In this document: positions 8,870-17,623 of the stretch, in pieces
Layout: each line of letters opens with the position of its first letter
Numbering within the stretch: position 1 is the stretch's first letter
NCBI GenBank assembly: GCA_027328425.1
Contig: DAHVUT010000026.1
Span: 1 to 50,767 of the forward strand
Length of the DNA: 50,767 nucleotides
Direction: 5' to 3'
DNA from: Candidatus Micrarchaeota archaeon
GTDB taxonomy: Archaea > Micrarchaeota > Micrarchaeia > Micrarchaeales > CABMGC01
Position numbers and translations under genes: made by a program
The notes under the pieces: generated by a model
The model's database searches: none
Told to the model about the DNA's origin: nothing
Seen by the model: only the letters and a program-made list of their open reading frames with translations

Positions 8870-10318
8870 TTGAGCGAACCTGTGATCAACACGATATTGA
8901 CTGGGCGCAAGCTTATAGCGTTCGCCATAGTATGGGACGTAATCTTCACTGCAGCAGTGCCTTTCATGAACCTCGGATACAGCGTAAACTCTGCAAATCT
9001 CAACTATGCGTCAATGGGCTACAGGGCGGTAATGTACCTTCACGGGCTTCTTGTCGCGTACGTTGCCACGCTTGCACTCATAGTCTGTGAACTCTTCACA
9101 ATAAACGGACGAAGCATGCAGGGGCATGCAAGGGCGGTGATAAGATACAGCGCCCTCTTCGGGGTGCTGCTGGGAGGAATAGGCGGCATAGTGAACTTTG
9201 GCTACATAAACGCTTCCGGAATCGGCATAATCAACGACATGCCCACGTGGATTCAGATAGCATCGTTTTTGGCGCTTGACGAGATGGCGGTTGCGCTTCT
9301 CGCTTTTTTGGTCACAGCTCCGAAGTCTGCTGGTGTAGGATACAAGAATGCCGGCCTGCCCTACTATCTTCTCACGCTGAGCGTTGCCTCCGCGCTGATA
9401 GGCGCAATCATGGGACATCTCGGCGGCTGGATAATAGCTTTCGGCAATCTGCCCGCGCCTTTCAGCGGCTATGCCTCATGGCTGGGGCTGGATACGACCA
9501 CCTTTGCCGCAAATCTTGTCGGAAGCCATTCGCACGAGATGGCTGTGGCGCTAATGGCCGGCATAGTCGCGCTTACAGCGCAGCGCTTCGGCTATTCCAG
9601 GCTTGGAAAGAAAGGCAGGTCTCTGGCACGCTTGGGGCTTGCTGTAGCAATAACCGGCGTGATACTGATGACAGGCGTATACGTGGCTGCGGGCGCTTAC
9701 AACTATTCCATACCCACACTCTTTGTCTCGGGGCCCAACGGCGCCAACGGCATAGCTTTTGACGATCTGCTTACTGGACTGGTCGGCATGGGGGCGCTGC
9801 TGCTGGCCATAGCGCTCATTGGGCCATGGTACAGAAAGGTTTATGGAAGCAATCCGGCAAAAGCAGCGGTGCTCACCACATGGATCATAGCGATACTTAC
9901 CGTACCGGTGCTGGGCTACTGGATAGAGATGAACGAGTCGTTCTATGGCGCGGGTGGGAGCATAGCAGGGGCTGCTGGTGCGGCAACTGACGCAACATAC
10001 ATGATTTTCCACCAGCAGCTTGCATTCTTCGTCATGCCGGCTCTTGCAGCTGCTATCCTAGCGATGGATTACTACCTGAAGTCTGAAAGGAAGAAAAAGA
10101 TACTGAGCCTGGCTGCTATAGGTGGAAGCTGGCTGTCGTTCGCTGGAGGCATTTCATACGTCTTCGTAAGCCCCGCTGGCGCCAACATTTTCCTTGTTTT
10201 GGAATATGCCGGCGCGGCGGTTATAGCGCTGAGTGCGCTCGTAGTGGCGCTCTACCTTTTTGGGGCGCTGGAAGACAGGGATGCTCTCGGCGGGCAGCAA
10301 CCGCCTACTGCCACCTAA
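8870..10318 (+). CDS. 12-TM His-containing membrane protein, probable heme-copper oxidase-fold homolog
   Basis: About 12 hydrophobic helices; His58 (YLHG), His220/222 (SHSH) and His381 (FHQQ) spaced ~161 aa apart; divergent from ctaB; TTG start. Confidence 0.6.
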   Translation: MSEPVINTILTGRKLIAFAIVWDVIFTAAVPFMNLGYSVNSANLNYASMGYRAVMYLHGLLVAYVATLALIVCELFTINGRSMQGHARAVIRYSALFGVLLGGIGGIVNFGYINASGIGIINDMPTWIQIASFLALDEMAVALLAFLVTAPKSAGVGYKNAGLPYYLLTLSVASALIGAIMGHLGGWIIAFGNLPAPFSGYASWLGLDTTTFAANLVGSHSHEMAVALMAGIVALTAQRFGYSRLGKKGRSLARLGLAVAITGVILMTGVYVAAGAYNYSIPTLFVSGPNGANGIAFDDLLTGLVGMGALLLAIALIGPWYRKVYGSNPAKAAVLTTWIIAILTVPVLGYWIEMNESFYGAGGSIAGAAGAATDATYMIFHQQLAFFVMPALAAAILAMDYYLKSERKKKILSLAAIGGSWLSFAGGISYVFVSPAGANIFLVLEYAGAAVIALSALVVALYLFGALEDRDALGGQQPPTAT

Positions 10319-10361
10319 GAAATAAAACGTATAAATCATTTGGTTGTATCTCGCTTAGCTG

Positions 10362-11012
10362 ATGCGCATGGATGTCCTTTCTGTAGAGATTGCGACAATC
10401 GTGTTCCTAGCGCTTAGTTCAATACTCTCCCTGTACCTGACCAAGAATTATCTTGCGGAGAGGAAAAGGAATTACCTTTACTGGAGCATCGGGTTGTGGC
10501 TCTTCGCGCTCAGCGATCTTTTTGAAGCGGCCTTCGCTTTCGGGGCATACAGCCAGCCGGCCGGGCAGGCATACCTCTTCCTTACCGCGTTTCTAACCAT
10601 ACCGATAGCCACGGGATCCCTCACGCTTCTCAATTCCAGGCGTGGGATGATGGCTTACATTGCATATTCCGCAGCCACCTCATTGTTGCTCATCTACTAT
10701 ACGTTCACCACTGCTGTCGGCAACATAGTAGTTGACTCTGTGGTCAGCGGCAGCATACCTGTGAGCATAATACTCTGGTCTTCTGCAATAACCTTCCCCG
10801 CTCTGGCCATAATAGTGGCTGTTGCCGCGTGGTCTTACTTCAGGACAAGGAGGAAGAAGCTGTTGTGGATAATACTTGGCATGCTGACATTCGCGTCCGG
10901 GGGCGTGCTCTACGTCGCCTCATTCCCGGCCTCAATATACTACACTGAGTTCGCGGGTCTGGTAATGCTGTGGCTTGGGTTCTTTGATTTTGGCACACTG
11001 AGGCGGAGCTGA
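10362..11012 (+). CDS. hypothetical 7-TM membrane protein
   Basis: 216 aa, about seven hydrophobic segments, YWSIGL motif. Confidence 0.75.
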   Translation: MRMDVLSVEIATIVFLALSSILSLYLTKNYLAERKRNYLYWSIGLWLFALSDLFEAAFAFGAYSQPAGQAYLFLTAFLTIPIATGSLTLLNSRRGMMAYIAYSAATSLLLIYYTFTTAVGNIVVDSVVSGSIPVSIILWSSAITFPALAIIVAVAAWSYFRTRRKKLLWIILGMLTFASGGVLYVASFPASIYYTEFAGLVMLWLGFFDFGTLRRS

Positions 11013-11068
11013 GAATTCAATGGCCAAACTTTAAGAGTGTTGGGAAGTTATCATAGTACGGTGTTGCG

Positions 11069-11614
11069 ATGCGCCTGCCAGGGGTTGGAATCCACGTGGA
11101 TAATTGGTTCGTCAGGAACGCAGGATTCTTCACAAGGTCGGTAGAGGTGCTGTTTGGCTTGATATGGCTTGCGGACGCGAGCCTGAAGTTTCAACCCGGA
11201 TTCGCAAACTCGTTCAGCGACCTGATAGCGGGGAGCGCAGCCGGACAACCGGCATGGCTGCAGGGCTGGTTCAGCTTTTGGGTCAGTGTCACCTTGCCAA
11301 ACCCAACGCTTTTCGCCTACTTTGTCAGCCTTTGCGAACTTGCACTTGCGCTTGCCCTGATTCTCGGATTTATGAGGAAAACCACCTATGCCGGCGGCAT
11401 GCTCTTCAGCATGATAATCTGGTCCGTGCCCGAAGGCTTCGGTGGGCCCTACGGGCCCGGCTCTACCGACATCGGCACTGGCGTGATATATGCGATTGTA
11501 TTCCTGCTGCTTCTCGGACTGAACGCGATGGACAGGAACAACGATTACACGCTTGACAAGATTATAGAAAAACACGTGAAGTGGTGGAGCACTCTGGCGG
11601 AACTTAAAAGGTAA
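11069..11614 (+). CDS. DoxD/DoxX-like membrane protein (TQO small subunit family)
   Basis: FGLIWLADASLKFQP, ELALALALILG, EGFGGPY..STDIG. Confidence 0.7.
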   Translation: MRLPGVGIHVDNWFVRNAGFFTRSVEVLFGLIWLADASLKFQPGFANSFSDLIAGSAAGQPAWLQGWFSFWVSVTLPNPTLFAYFVSLCELALALALILGFMRKTTYAGGMLFSMIIWSVPEGFGGPYGPGSTDIGTGVIYAIVFLLLLGLNAMDRNNDYTLDKIIEKHVKWWSTLAELKR

Positions 11615-11686
11615 AGCTTCCTATTTTGCTTCTTGAGCCGCCCGAATTAGATATATAAGTCTTAGATTGGTAGGTTATCTGATTCG

Positions 11687-13468
11687 ATGCTTTTTGAGGA
11701 GGTCGCCAATTATTACGACAAGCTCGAGAGCACATCGTCCAGGCTCACGATGATAGACGTACTTACAGAGATGCTCTTGAAGGCGAAGAAGGGCGAGGTC
11801 AGGGACATAATATACATGACGCTCGGCACGCCGGCCCCCGCTTTCAAGGGCATAGATCTCGGCATGGCTGAAAAGCTGGCCGAGGAGGCAATCGCCACGG
11901 CCACGGGCGAAAGCAGGGAGAGCGTGGACAGGAGCTTCAAGAAGACAGGCGACCTCGGAACAAGCGCGGAGCAGATGGTGAGCACGGGCAGGCTCAGGCG
12001 CATGGGCAGCGGCAAGTTCGATGTCGGAGACGTCATGGGCACGATGCTCAAAATCGCGGGCACTTCGGGCCCGGGCAGCAAGGACGCAAAGATAAAACTG
12101 CTCGCGAACCTCATAGCTGCAAGCAGGCCCGTGGAGGCAAGGTACATAGTGCGCTTTGCGCTCGGAGAGCTTAGGCTCGGGGCCGGAGACGCTACAATAC
12201 TCGAGGCGCTGTCGCAGGCGGCGACCGGCGACAGGGAGTTCAAAGACAAGCTGGAGGAAGCGTACAACATCTGCAGCGACCTCGGCCTCGTGGGCGAGAC
12301 GCTGATGCGCGAGGGGAAAAAGGGCATAGAGGAGTTCAAGGTCACTCTCTTCGAGCCGATAAGGCCCGCGCTGGCAGAGAGACTGCCTACGGCCGAGGAG
12401 ATACTCGCAAGGATGAACGGCAGGTGCGCCGTCGAGAGCAAGTACGACGGGCTGCGGACGCAGGTGCACATGGACAGGGCTAAGAAACGCGTTGAGATAT
12501 TCTCAAGGAGGCTGGAACGTGTCACCGACATGTTCCCGGAGCTCACGCAGGCTGCACTGAAGGAGGTGCACGCGGATAGCGCCATACTCGACGGCGAAGC
12601 GATCGCGTACGACGAAGCTACGAACCAGTTCCACCCGTTCCAGGAGACGATGCAGCGCAAGAGGAAGCACGGCATAGAGGAGAAGAGCGAGGAACTGCCT
12701 CTGCACCTCTTTGCGTTCGACCTGCTGTACCTCAACGGCGAGAGCTACCTGAACAGGCGTTATGCAGAGCGGCGCGATGAGCTCGAACGCGTAGTCAAGG
12801 GCGACGGAACCATAAGGTTCTCAGACCGCATCATTGCAGAAAAGCCAGCAGCGCTCGACAAATACTTCGACGAGGCTGTGGAGGACGGCCTGGAAGGGAT
12901 AGTCGCCAAGGACCTCGGGGCGCCGTATATCGCAGGCGCCAGGAAGTTCAGCTGGATAAAGATGAAGAGGAGCTACAAGGGCGAGCTCGAGGATACGGTA
13001 GACCTCGTGGCAGTGGGCTACTACAGGGGCAAGGGCATAAGGACTGAGTTCGGCTTCGGCGGCATACTCGCCGCAGTCTACGATGACAAGAGGGACATGT
13101 TCGAGACAATTACCAGGATAGGCACAGGCTTCACCGAGGGGATGATGCGCACATTCAAGAGCACGCTCGAGAAGACAAGGGTGGCAAAGAAGCCTGCGCG
13201 CGTCGATGCGCTGGTAGAGCCCGACTTCTGGATAGAGCCCAGGTACGTGGTTACGGTCAAGGCTGACGAGATAACGAAGTCGCCGATGCACACCGCAGGG
13301 AGGCACAGGGAGGGCGAGGGCGAGGTGGGCTACGCCCTGCGGTTCCCGAGGATTGTCGGCGGAGGGATAAGGGAGGACAAGAGCCCCGAGGACGCCACTA
13401 CTGCGAATGAGATAGAGGAGATGTTCAAGCAGCAGAGGAAGACAAAGATAAGCGAAGCTGCACCGTAA
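11687..13468 (+). CDS. lig: ATP-dependent DNA ligase
   Basis: ESKYDGLR adenylation motif, ILDGE, FAFDLL, EGIVAK, WIKMK, LRFPR. Confidence 0.98.
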   Translation: MLFEEVANYYDKLESTSSRLTMIDVLTEMLLKAKKGEVRDIIYMTLGTPAPAFKGIDLGMAEKLAEEAIATATGESRESVDRSFKKTGDLGTSAEQMVSTGRLRRMGSGKFDVGDVMGTMLKIAGTSGPGSKDAKIKLLANLIAASRPVEARYIVRFALGELRLGAGDATILEALSQAATGDREFKDKLEEAYNICSDLGLVGETLMREGKKGIEEFKVTLFEPIRPALAERLPTAEEILARMNGRCAVESKYDGLRTQVHMDRAKKRVEIFSRRLERVTDMFPELTQAALKEVHADSAILDGEAIAYDEATNQFHPFQETMQRKRKHGIEEKSEELPLHLFAFDLLYLNGESYLNRRYAERRDELERVVKGDGTIRFSDRIIAEKPAALDKYFDEAVEDGLEGIVAKDLGAPYIAGARKFSWIKMKRSYKGELEDTVDLVAVGYYRGKGIRTEFGFGGILAAVYDDKRDMFETITRIGTGFTEGMMRTFKSTLEKTRVAKKPARVDALVEPDFWIEPRYVVTVKADEITKSPMHTAGRHREGEGEVGYALRFPRIVGGGIREDKSPEDATTANEIEEMFKQQRKTKISEAAP

Positions 13469-13542
13469 ACAAGGCGAAGCCCGCTTAGACGATAGGCGTA
13501 TCATATCAAAAATGGCTTAAAGCCAGGGAGCCGAGCAACTGC

Positions 13543-14283
13543 ATGGGCGATACTGCAATAGCACGGAGCACTGCATCTGCGCATCACGTCGGGTTTGCGC
13601 ACAAAGACGTGGGCGCGCCTCAGAAGACAGCGAAGCAGTTTGATCGCACGGTGCTGTTTGTGGATATGGACGGCACTACGTTGAATTCACTAGGGCCTAT
13701 AGCAAACAAGCATCTTGATTACGTATTCGACATACTGCACATGCCAGAAACTCTAAGAGAACACCGTTATGTGCGCGCTATTTTCGCAAATGTGCTGCTC
13801 CCGCTCTATGAGATGCAGAAGAAGGACAAGGATGGCGTGAACGGCGGTGTGCTCAACGGAGTCAAGCCGCACGACAACATGCTAAAAATAATGCGTAGAT
13901 TCGAGAAGGAAGTCACTATAATAGGGTTCACTGGAAACGAAAACGCCAATCCGAGCAATGGAAATCTAGAGAAGATGCTGAAGAAGCTCCATGAGAAAGG
14001 GATGGATAACGGGATTGTCTATTGCCCTTCTGATGAAAAGTCGAGCTACATACGGAAGTACATGGAGGAAAACGAGACAGCAAGAGTGATCTGGATAGAG
14101 GATAGCACAGTGGCCTTGAAGGACGCAATCCGCGATGGCCTCAGGGGGAACTTCCTGCTTGCGGGGGACTGGTTTAACTTTATTCCTGCAAAGATTGCAG
14201 AGAAGATGCGCATTGTCGGGGTCGGGTACATAAAGGACTACGAGTCTATGGAGAAAGCGATTGGCAAAGCAATAAGGACTTAA
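13543..14283 (+). CDS. HAD superfamily hydrolase (divergent)
   Basis: LFVDMDGT motif I, GFTG motif II, WIEDS motif IV-like. Confidence 0.65.
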   Translation: MGDTAIARSTASAHHVGFAHKDVGAPQKTAKQFDRTVLFVDMDGTTLNSLGPIANKHLDYVFDILHMPETLREHRYVRAIFANVLLPLYEMQKKDKDGVNGGVLNGVKPHDNMLKIMRRFEKEVTIIGFTGNENANPSNGNLEKMLKKLHEKGMDNGIVYCPSDEKSSYIRKYMEENETARVIWIEDSTVALKDAIRDGLRGNFLLAGDWFNFIPAKIAEKMRIVGVGYIKDYESMEKAIGKAIRT

Positions 14284-14284
14284 C

Positions 14285-14332
14285 TTTGATTAGCGAGAAA
14301 CCCCACACCCTTTACGGGTGGGAGCATGCCAC
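14285..14332 (+). mobile_element. minimal IS200/IS605 remnant (fused left end / right end hairpin)
   Basis: 14280-14323 matches 22986-23029 at 38/44 nt; tail AGCATGCCAC resembles the right-end tail GGTATGTCAC (24471-24480). Confidence 0.7.
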
Positions 14333-14435
14333 AGCAAGCTGCACCATTTTCATTTACTTTTAGGCGATTTCGCATACGCCAGTACACGCTATTTGCCCTA
14401 ACTAAAGCTAAATTTCTTTTACATTGGTATAATAT

Positions 14436-14450
14436 ATACACATTGTGTAT
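14436..14450. promoter_or_regulatory. palindromic operator candidate upstream of the ftsZ pair
   Basis: Perfect 7-1-7 palindrome ATACACA-T-TGTGTAT, nested in TGGTATA (14425) / TATACCA (14458) arms. Confidence 0.4.
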
Positions 14451-14541
14451 CTAATACTATACCAGGTACCATGCTGTTCCCGTAATTTGCGGAATGCAGA
14501 AACTATTTAAACTTAATCGCAATAGCATAATTGGCGATCAG

Positions 14542-15579
14542 ATGACGGACTTTACCACAGAGATACTGGGTACCGGAGGGCAGAACGCTGTTTCTGAAAT
14601 AAAGATAGTGACTATCGGAGTTGGCGGGGGCGGAAACAACACCGTCAACCGTTTGCTGAAGGTTGGAGTTAAGGGCACCGAGCTCGTAGCTATCAACACG
14701 GATGCGAACCACTTCAAGATAATAGACGATAGGATAAAGAAGATGCTCATAGGCAAGACCATAACGAAGGGCCTTGGCGCGGGAGGCGACCCCACCATAG
14801 GCATGAAGGCCGCAGAGGTGGACAGGCAGGCGCTTGAGGAGATGCTGAACGGGGCGCACCTCGTGTTCCTCTGTGCTGGAATGGGAGGCGGCACAGGCAC
14901 TGGAGCCGCGCCTGTCATAGCGCAGATCGCAAAGGAGGCCGGGGCCATAGTGGTGGCCATGGTCACATACCCGTTCGACCTGGAGCGCGTAAGGAAGGTG
15001 AAGGCCGAGGAGGGCATCCAGCAGCTGCGCAAGCACTGCGACAGCGTGGTGATAATAGACAACAACAGGCTGGTGAAGCTTGTGCCAAACCTGCCGATGA
15101 ACGAAGCGTTCGCAGTTGCGGATGATGTGCTCGCCAAGGCGATAGGGGGCCTGGTGTGGACTATAACGCAGCCGAGCCTGATCAACATCGACTTCGCGGA
15201 TGTGAAGGCGATAATGGGAAGCGGAGACATAGGCTTCATATCAGTAGGCACGGGCAAGGGCACCGACAAGGTGACAAGCGCGAGCGAGGCCGTCATAAAG
15301 AACAAGCTGCTGGACGTGAGCTTTGAGAACGCGAAGGGCGCTCTCATACACATCTCTGGCGCATCGGACCTCACGCTTGGAGACGCGATAAAGGCTGGAG
15401 ACATAATAACGGAGCAGATGGATCCGAAGGCCACCGTCAAGTGGGGCGCCAGGATAGTGCCCGGCTTCGAGGGCCAGCTCGAGATAGTCGCGATAGTCAC
15501 AGGCGTCAAGGGCGAGAGCATACTGGGAAGGTTCGCGGAGAAGAAGGAAACAAGCTACTCGGGCCTGGACGCCATATGA
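14542..15579 (+). CDS. ftsZ: cell division protein FtsZ (copy 1)
   Basis: GVGGGGNN, GLGAGG, GMGGGTGTG, PSLINIDFAD; start ATG 14542. Confidence 0.97.
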   Translation: MTDFTTEILGTGGQNAVSEIKIVTIGVGGGGNNTVNRLLKVGVKGTELVAINTDANHFKIIDDRIKKMLIGKTITKGLGAGGDPTIGMKAAEVDRQALEEMLNGAHLVFLCAGMGGGTGTGAAPVIAQIAKEAGAIVVAMVTYPFDLERVRKVKAEEGIQQLRKHCDSVVIIDNNRLVKLVPNLPMNEAFAVADDVLAKAIGGLVWTITQPSLINIDFADVKAIMGSGDIGFISVGTGKGTDKVTSASEAVIKNKLLDVSFENAKGALIHISGASDLTLGDAIKAGDIITEQMDPKATVKWGARIVPGFEGQLEIVAIVTGVKGESILGRFAEKKETSYSGLDAI

Positions 15580-15595
15580 TACTAGGGTGTTATGG

Positions 15596-16612
15596 GTGGC
15601 AGACGAGTTTGACTACGACGCATTCACGCCGAAAGTTGCTGTAGCAGGAGTCGGAGGAGCCGGGAGCAACCTTGTGAACAGGCTCTTCAGCAACAACATC
15701 AAGAGCGCCACGACCATAGCTGTGAACACCGACCTTGCGCACCTCAACATGATAAAGGCGCACAAGAAGGTGCTCATAGGCAGGGAGCTCACAAGCGGCC
15801 TCGGGGCCGGAGGCTTCCCCGAAGTGGCTGCCAAGTGCGCAGACATGAGCAAGGGGGACCTGGAGAAAGTGCTCGAGGGCTACAACCTTGTGTTCGTAGC
15901 CGCTGGAATGGGAGGCGGCACAGGCACCGGAGCCGCGCCAGTGGTCGCAAGGACGGCCAGGGAACTCGGCGCCACGGTCATAGCCACGGTGACGTACCCG
16001 TTCGCGCTCGAGAGGAGCAGGAAGCAAAAGGCGGAGTGGGGCATAGAGCAGCTGAGCAAGGAAGCGGATGCTGTCATAGTGGTGGAGAACGAAAAGCTGC
16101 TTGAGTACGTGCCAAACCTGCCGATGGAGAAGGCATTCGAGCTTTCGGACAACATAACAGGCAATGCGGTCAAGGGCATAGCGGACACCATAATGCTGCC
16201 GAGCCTGATCAACCTGGACTTCGCCGACCTGAGGACCGTTGTCAAGGAGACAGGCACAGCGGTGATAAGCATAGGCACGGGCATGGGAACGGATAGGGTG
16301 GCGCAGGCGGTGAGGAGCACGCGCACGCACCCGCTGCTCACAGTGGACTATGAGGGCGCAAAGGGCGCGCTCATACACGTGTCCGGAGGCAGCGACCTAA
16401 CCATAGAAGAAGCCACAAGGATCGGAGAGGGCGTTACAGAGGAGCTCGCTGCTGACGCGAACGTCATATTCGGAGCCAGGCTGATACCCGAGCTCCGCGA
16501 CCAGATAAGGGTCATGTCCATAGTCACTGGCGTCAAGGCGAAATTCGGAGTGAGGAGGAAGGTAGAGGAGACGGAGCGCCTGAGGATGGAGGCACTGGAG
16601 CAGATACTGTAG
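15596..16612 (+). CDS. ftsZ: cell division protein FtsZ (copy 2)
   Basis: GVGGAGSN, GMGGGTGTG, PSLINLDFAD; GTG start 15596 (alternative 15587). Confidence 0.95.
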   Translation: MADEFDYDAFTPKVAVAGVGGAGSNLVNRLFSNNIKSATTIAVNTDLAHLNMIKAHKKVLIGRELTSGLGAGGFPEVAAKCADMSKGDLEKVLEGYNLVFVAAGMGGGTGTGAAPVVARTARELGATVIATVTYPFALERSRKQKAEWGIEQLSKEADAVIVVENEKLLEYVPNLPMEKAFELSDNITGNAVKGIADTIMLPSLINLDFADLRTVVKETGTAVISIGTGMGTDRVAQAVRSTRTHPLLTVDYEGAKGALIHVSGGSDLTIEEATRIGEGVTEELAADANVIFGARLIPELRDQIRVMSIVTGVKAKFGVRRKVEETERLRMEALEQIL

Positions 16613-16667
16613 CCCCTGCCTTTTATTAACTTTCGTTGCCCAGTACCCTAGCTTTTACAGTGATTTT

Positions 16668-17078
16668 TTGGCAGACGAGACAGGCTACAATCTGAAATCC
16701 GCAAGGGAGATAGGCAAGGGGAGCTTCGTAATAATAGACGGGATACCGTGCAGGGTGGTTAACGTGGAGACGTCAGCTCCTGGAAAGCACGGTGCGAGCA
16801 AGGCGAGGATAACGGCCATAGGCGTATTCGACGGCTCCAAGAAGACGCTGCTGCTGAGCGGACACTCCGAAGTGCCCGTGCCCGAGATACTGAAAAAGAG
16901 GGCGCAGGTGGTCTCGATAACTGAGAGCACGGCACAGCTCATGGACCTGGATACGTACGACATATTCGAGGTGCCCATACCCGAGGAACTCAGGGGGCAG
17001 ATAAAGGCAGGAGGGGAGGTAGAGACTATAGAGGCCATGGGCAAGCGGGCCATAATGAAGGTAGTGGGAGGTTCTTGA
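16668..17078 (+). CDS. eif5a: translation factor aIF5A
   Basis: SAPGKHGASKA hypusine loop; TTG start. Confidence 0.95.
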   Translation: MADETGYNLKSAREIGKGSFVIIDGIPCRVVNVETSAPGKHGASKARITAIGVFDGSKKTLLLSGHSEVPVPEILKKRAQVVSITESTAQLMDLDTYDIFEVPIPEELRGQIKAGGEVETIEAMGKRAIMKVVGGS

Positions 17079-17079
17079 G

Positions 17080-17463
17080 ATGGCAATAAAGGACATCAAG
17101 GTGGCTAATGAAGTGCAGAACAAGCAGCTGGGCAGGCGGGAGCTCGTGCTCGAAGTGACCAATGATGGCAGCACGCCCTCGCGCGACGAGCTCAGGGACG
17201 CGATTGCGGACAGGTTCAACATGAAAAGGGAGAACATACTCGTGATAAGCGTGATGCAGGGCTACGGAGAGATGCGCAGCAGCGTGCTGGTTCACGAGTA
17301 CGGCGATGCGAGCGCGAGGAAGCTGGCGCAGGAGCACATAATCGCCAGACACGAGAAGAAGCAGAAGGAGGCCGGAGAGGCCAAGGAGCCGGCGAAGGCG
17401 GACACGCCAAAGGCTGCAGAGAAAACGGAGGAGAAGAAGGGCGAGGCGGAGACGAGCGGGTGA
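17080..17463 (+). CDS. rps24e: ribosomal protein S24e with charged C-terminal tail
   Basis: NKQLGRREL..TPSR..GYG; lies upstream of S27ae. Confidence 0.85.
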   Translation: MAIKDIKVANEVQNKQLGRRELVLEVTNDGSTPSRDELRDAIADRFNMKRENILVISVMQGYGEMRSSVLVHEYGDASARKLAQEHIIARHEKKQKEAGEAKEPAKADTPKAAEKTEEKKGEAETSG

Positions 17464-17467
17464 TTGA

Positions 17468-17617
17468 ATGGCAGAGGCTGTCAAGAAGAAAAAGGAAGTG
17501 AACGCTTACAGGGCGCCCGCAAGGACGTGCAAGAAGTGCGGGGCGCGAATGGCAGAGCACAGCGACAGGTTTGCCTGCGGCAGGTGCGGCTACACCGAGT
17601 TCAAGGAACAAAGGTAG
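17468..17617 (+). CDS. rps27ae: ribosomal protein S27ae (49 aa, absent from ORF track)
   Basis: Manual translation [50 protein letters not shown]4 zinc ribbon, [15 protein letters not shown]. Confidence 0.92.
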   Translation: MAEAVKKKKEVNAYRAPARTCKKCGARMAEHSDRFACGRCGYTEFKEQR

Positions 17618-17623
17618 TGGTTA

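Noticed and set aside
8870-10318. Canonical cytochrome c/quinol oxidase subunit I or heme A synthase call
   Set aside because: Lacks the HPxVY and HH CuB ligands and the CtaA ExxHR motifs; no subunit II nearby
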